NCBI RefSeq assembly: GCF_021869535.1
Contig: NW_026262637.1
Coordinates: 19,778,001 to 19,842,000, forward strand
Length of the DNA stretch: 64,000 nt
DNA from: Mytilus californianus
Lineage: Eukaryota
Direction: 5' to 3'
The position numbers and the translations under genes were made by a program. Below are positions 59,874 to 64,000 of the stretch, piece after piece (within the stretch, counting starts at the first letter, position 1; each line of letters begins with the position of its first letter). Below the pieces are notes generated by a model that was not told where the DNA came from, did no database searches, and saw only the letters and a list, made by a program, of their open reading frames with translations.

Positions 59874-61568
59874 ATGATATCATCATCAGCAGAAATATTT
59901 CGGAACACGTTCTTGAAATCCTCAGGTAATTATTTTATTGTATTTTGAAGTTGTCTGGTAAATCTACCCTTTTAAAGCTTTTAAATTCAATATAGACAGT
60001 ATTAATTTACATATATGCAATATATGGATCGTCATTTTTTAACATGATTTTTTTAAAATGACACATGCATGTCTTGCATTATCAAGTTCTAACAACCATA
60101 TGTGAGGCATTACTTTTATTATCTTTTCTTTCAGGAAATGTTCCATTGTCATTTGTGCCTGCAAGACAAGCTACAGTGTTAAACTGGCTTTTAGATAAAC
60201 ATAGAAAATCACAGTTGTCACAACAACCTGAGAAAGAAGATGACATTGAACAAGAAACTATCATGGTTCCTAGGGATTACAAGTATTAAAGGATTTATTT
60301 AGCTAGTTTTCTTTAGTGAAGAGCTTTGTTTCTCTATGTATCCATGCCATAGCAAATTAATTTAAGATACCTCTTACTGAAAGTATCATGGTTTGTTGTT
60401 TATGCATACTTTAGCCATTAAATTTCATATGCCCATACTGCATGTTGAACTATGAGACATGCTGACTTAACAGTATCTTCTTTATAAAATAATTTGAATA
60501 TTTGTTAAATCGAAAATTGGGTATAACCACTCAATTTACTCATTAAAAATGTAGTAAAAAATTGATATCCTGAAAATATATCTTTTATCTTCATTTCAGC
60601 AGAATTTTTTAAAAGCACCCATAACAATCTTTACACTGAGAAATGTCTAATATAGATAATTTTTACAGTATTTGAAAGTGAATGCATGCAATTGCATTTC
60701 TGTTGGGATAAAACTTATTTAATTTAAGTACCCAGATAGATATCTCATTCTTTAACATCATGAGATATTCTGATTGGCTAGACTTTTTTGCAAATTTTTA
60801 ACATTACATAATATCCAAAATGACTGTTTATACAATCATCTTTCTGTTCAATAAATTTTACATTTTTTACGTTTTTGGTATATTTACAAGAAATGTAATG
60901 AATGTATGCATGCATATATATCTTATATTTTAGTAAACTATCAATATTAACTATACCTTGCAATCCATTTTCATACTACACAGTAATTTACAGTTTGCCA
61001 GAAAACATAGTTTACATGTAATTACATTTTTTTCTCAAACTACATATCCCTGCATCTTTGTATTTGGTCTATTGAGCTTAACAAAGATAAACTTCACTGT
61101 TTGACTGTTCAGATCGTTATGAATAAGAGATACTGTAGACAATAAAATGTTTAAATATACTTCAAAAAAGGGTACAAGAACACCAAAATTAAATTATTTT
61201 CATGAACTGCAATACATGCAAAAAATATATCTAAACCACTGCGTTAAGCGAAATTTAGTATTTTAATACATTTATTTTAATTAGTTTACTTAACAATGCT
61301 TAAGTATTATGATTAGTGGGTTTAATTTGTATTAAAAAGTTGAACAATTGAAAATATTGTCTGGTACTATACAGCGAAATTGTTTATTTAGCTTGGATAG
61401 TACATGTATCTGACAAGGTACAGTAATCATTATTTTTTTGTAGATATCTGTATCCAGAATTTTTACCGCCAACAAATTATCGGCATAGAGATAGAATACG
61501 AGAAAAATTAGAGAGGCAAGATATGTTTCAGAGAAGGACTGTGATGGAAGTTCCTGAATTTTATGTTG
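59874..61568 (+). CDS. MRPL19: 39S mitochondrial ribosomal protein L19 (bL19m), first three coding exons 59874-59925, 60135-60282, 61444-61568; the gene continues beyond the window
   Basis: In-frame GT-AG joins give MISSSAEIFRNTFLKSSGNVPLSF...VPRDYKYLYPEFLPPTNYRHRDRIREKLERQDMFQRRTVMEVPEFYVG, matching the conserved metazoan YPEFLP...REKLER.DM..RR....PEFYVG. The N-terminus looks like a mitochondrial presequence. The start exon is less certain. Confidence 0.9.
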
Positions 61569-61809
61569 GTTTGTAGATTTAGCATTTGAAAAGAAAATCC
61601 AAGTTGTCTCTGACCTATTAGCGTTTTTATAAGCTTTGGCACTGTCCCAAGGTAGTTGGGCTTGAGTGCCCACAATTATGATTCACCCAGTCACATTTTA
61701 TGTGCCTGTCCTAATTCAGGAGCCTGTAATTCATTGGTTGTTGTTGGTGGCTGTCTGTCATCTTGGTTTTTCGTTTATTCTTTTGTCATAAATCAGTCAG
61801 TTGTTTTTA

Positions 61810-63280
61810 AATGACCGCAAAAATGTTGTATAATGGTATGACTTCATCGTCATCTGAAGACATTTGGTTTCCACACAATAACTTGAGCATAAGTGTACTC
61901 TATGAAAATTTACCACAAGGTTCCATACCAATAAAGGAAGGTTGGGATTGAATTTGGGGGTTATTGTCCTAACTGTTTAGGAATTAGGGGCCAAAAACAT
62001 GCATTTTTCTTGTTTCAGGACAATAACTTGTGTATAAGTGTATGGATCTCTATGAAATTGTACCACAAGGTTCCATTCCTCAAAAGGAAGGTTAGGATTG
62101 ATTTTGGGGGTTATGGCCCAAACCGTTTAGGAATTATTTTTTAGGGGCCAAAAAACTAGGACATTCTGGTTTTGGACAATAACTTGAGTATAAGTCTATG
62201 GATCTTTATGAAATTGTCCCACAAGGTTCCAATCCAAAAAAGGAAGGTTGGGATTGATTTTGGGGGTTATAGCCATAACCGTTTAAAAAAAACGGGGTGC
62301 CAAAAACAATACTTTTCGAATACTTTGTATAAATTGCTTATTCCTTGACCAATTTCAATGGGGTTTAATTCAAAGTCATGAATTCTTGGGGTTTTTTAAT
62401 ATACTGAATCTAACTTTATATTTAGATATTGGATTTTTGTCCCCGTTTTTAAATTTGTCCACATTGAGGTCCAAAGGGTCCCAAATTAAACTTTGCTTGA
62501 GTTTATCAAATATTGAATTATTGGGGTCTTTGATATGCCAAATCTAACCATGCATTTAGATTTTTAATTTCGGGTCCAATTTTCAAATTGAAACACATTA
62601 AGGTCCAAAGGGTCAAAAATTAAACTGTTTTGGTTCTTTGATATGCTGAACCCAAATGTTTATTTAGATTTTTGATTTTGGGCCTGGTTTTCTAATTGGT
62701 GCACCTTAAGGTACAAAGGGTCCAAAATTAAAGTAAGTTTGATTTTAACAACAATTGAATTCTTGGGGTTCTTTGATATGCTGAATCTTTACATGTATTT
62801 AGATTTTTGATTTTAGGCCAAGTTTTCAAGTTAAAATCAGGGTGCAAAATTAAACTTTGTTTGATTTCAACAAAAATTGAATATATGGGGTTCTTTGATA
62901 TGCTGAATCTAAACATGTTTTTTAATTTTGGGCTCTGTTATCAAATTGGACCACATTGAGGTCAAAAGAGTCCAAAATTAAAATTTCGTTTGATTTCATC
63001 AAAAATTGAATTTAGTGGTTCTTTGATATGCTGAATCTTGCCATGTAATGTATTTAGATTTTGGATGTTGGACCATAATAGGTAAAAGTTCAATTTCAAA
63101 TTTTTGAGTTCTTAGACCACATTCATTCTGTGTCAGAAACCTATGCTGCATCAGATATTTAATCACAATCGAAATTCTGAGCTGTACCAAGCTTGAATGT
63201 AGTGTCCATACTTGCCCCAACTGTTCAGGGCTTGACCTCTGGGGTCCTATTAAGCTGCGCCCTGGGGAGTATTTTATTCT
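61810..63280 (-). mobile_element. Reverse-oriented HINE-like element of the 43803 family
   Basis: Reverse-complement head at about 63190-63275, followed by arrays A and B and a degenerate tail at about 61815. Confidence 0.82.
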
Positions 63281-64000
63281 TATTTGAAATATTTCACATT
63301 TTGTTATGTTTGGGCTTTTATAGTGGCTGTATTGTTTGGGTTTTGCTCATTGTTGAAGGCCATACCTATAAATGGTTACAACATGTCATTTGGACTTGGG
63401 TAAATGTTTTATTGGCAATCTTACCAAATCTCCTTATTTTTATATTCAAATGTTGATTACTATTTTAACTCATAAGTAGTTTATAAAAATGATAAAAAAA
63501 AAACCAAACTGGAGTATGTATAATTTTGAAGTAATTGCATGGTTTAAAGATGTAGATAGCTCGAACACTGAACATTCAGGCCTTTAACTAATAAAAGTGA
63601 TTTTTACACAGGGGTTGCTCACTCAGTGAAGCTATATTATAATGAAGACCCTTATGATAATAGAAAAAAATGCTACATTTCTTGCCCTTTCCATATTAAG
63701 CAACCTGTTATTCATACATTACTAACATATCAACTGTTTCTTGGGGAAATATGTCAATTGTGCCAAATCAGTGGTTTGGACATATAGACTACCCATGTCA
63801 ATCCATCTGTCCTTTTAAAATCCAACAGTTGGCTGCCCATATTTCATGCTAGAAGATTTTGAGTTGTCTTTTTGTTTTTCACTGAATTGAGTTATCTACT
63901 TTTTTGTTTAAATGATGAGTTACAGATTAAGTTTGTGTTTAGCTTCAAATTACCTATTTTTCACAGTATTGTGTTAAACTTTTCCAGGCTTCTTTTAAGT

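Overview
This is AT-rich eukaryotic genomic DNA with spliced GT-AG genes. Its repeat content looks like a bivalve mollusc such as Mytilus (an inference). There is one 151-N gap at 36062-36212. Genes: a complete 8-exon STK40 (SgK495, Tribbles-related pseudokinase, 447 aa) on the minus strand at 41001-20002; the first three coding exons of mitochondrial ribosomal protein MRPL19 on the plus strand at 59874-61568; an unidentified two-exon coding segment nested antisense in an STK40 intron; and exons of an unidentified, probably secreted protein at the left edge. The rest is mostly mobile DNA. It includes a nearly intact CR1-group LINE (2A-like NPGP motif, PHD, APE, RT, one nonsense codon), a decayed THAP-DDE_Tnp_4 transposase, and a 3.35-kb TGT-ended TIR element that carries an intact four-exon gene of unknown function and sits inside a Penelope-like RT remnant. 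It also includes a TTAA Kolobok-like element, several CAG-ended MITEs with 5-6 bp TSDs, Helentron/HINE-like elements with internal tandem arrays, and minisatellites. The most unusual observations are the gene-carrying TIR element, an in-frame array of duplicated splice acceptors ending in a stop codon just before STK40 exon 6, and the nested antisense gene.
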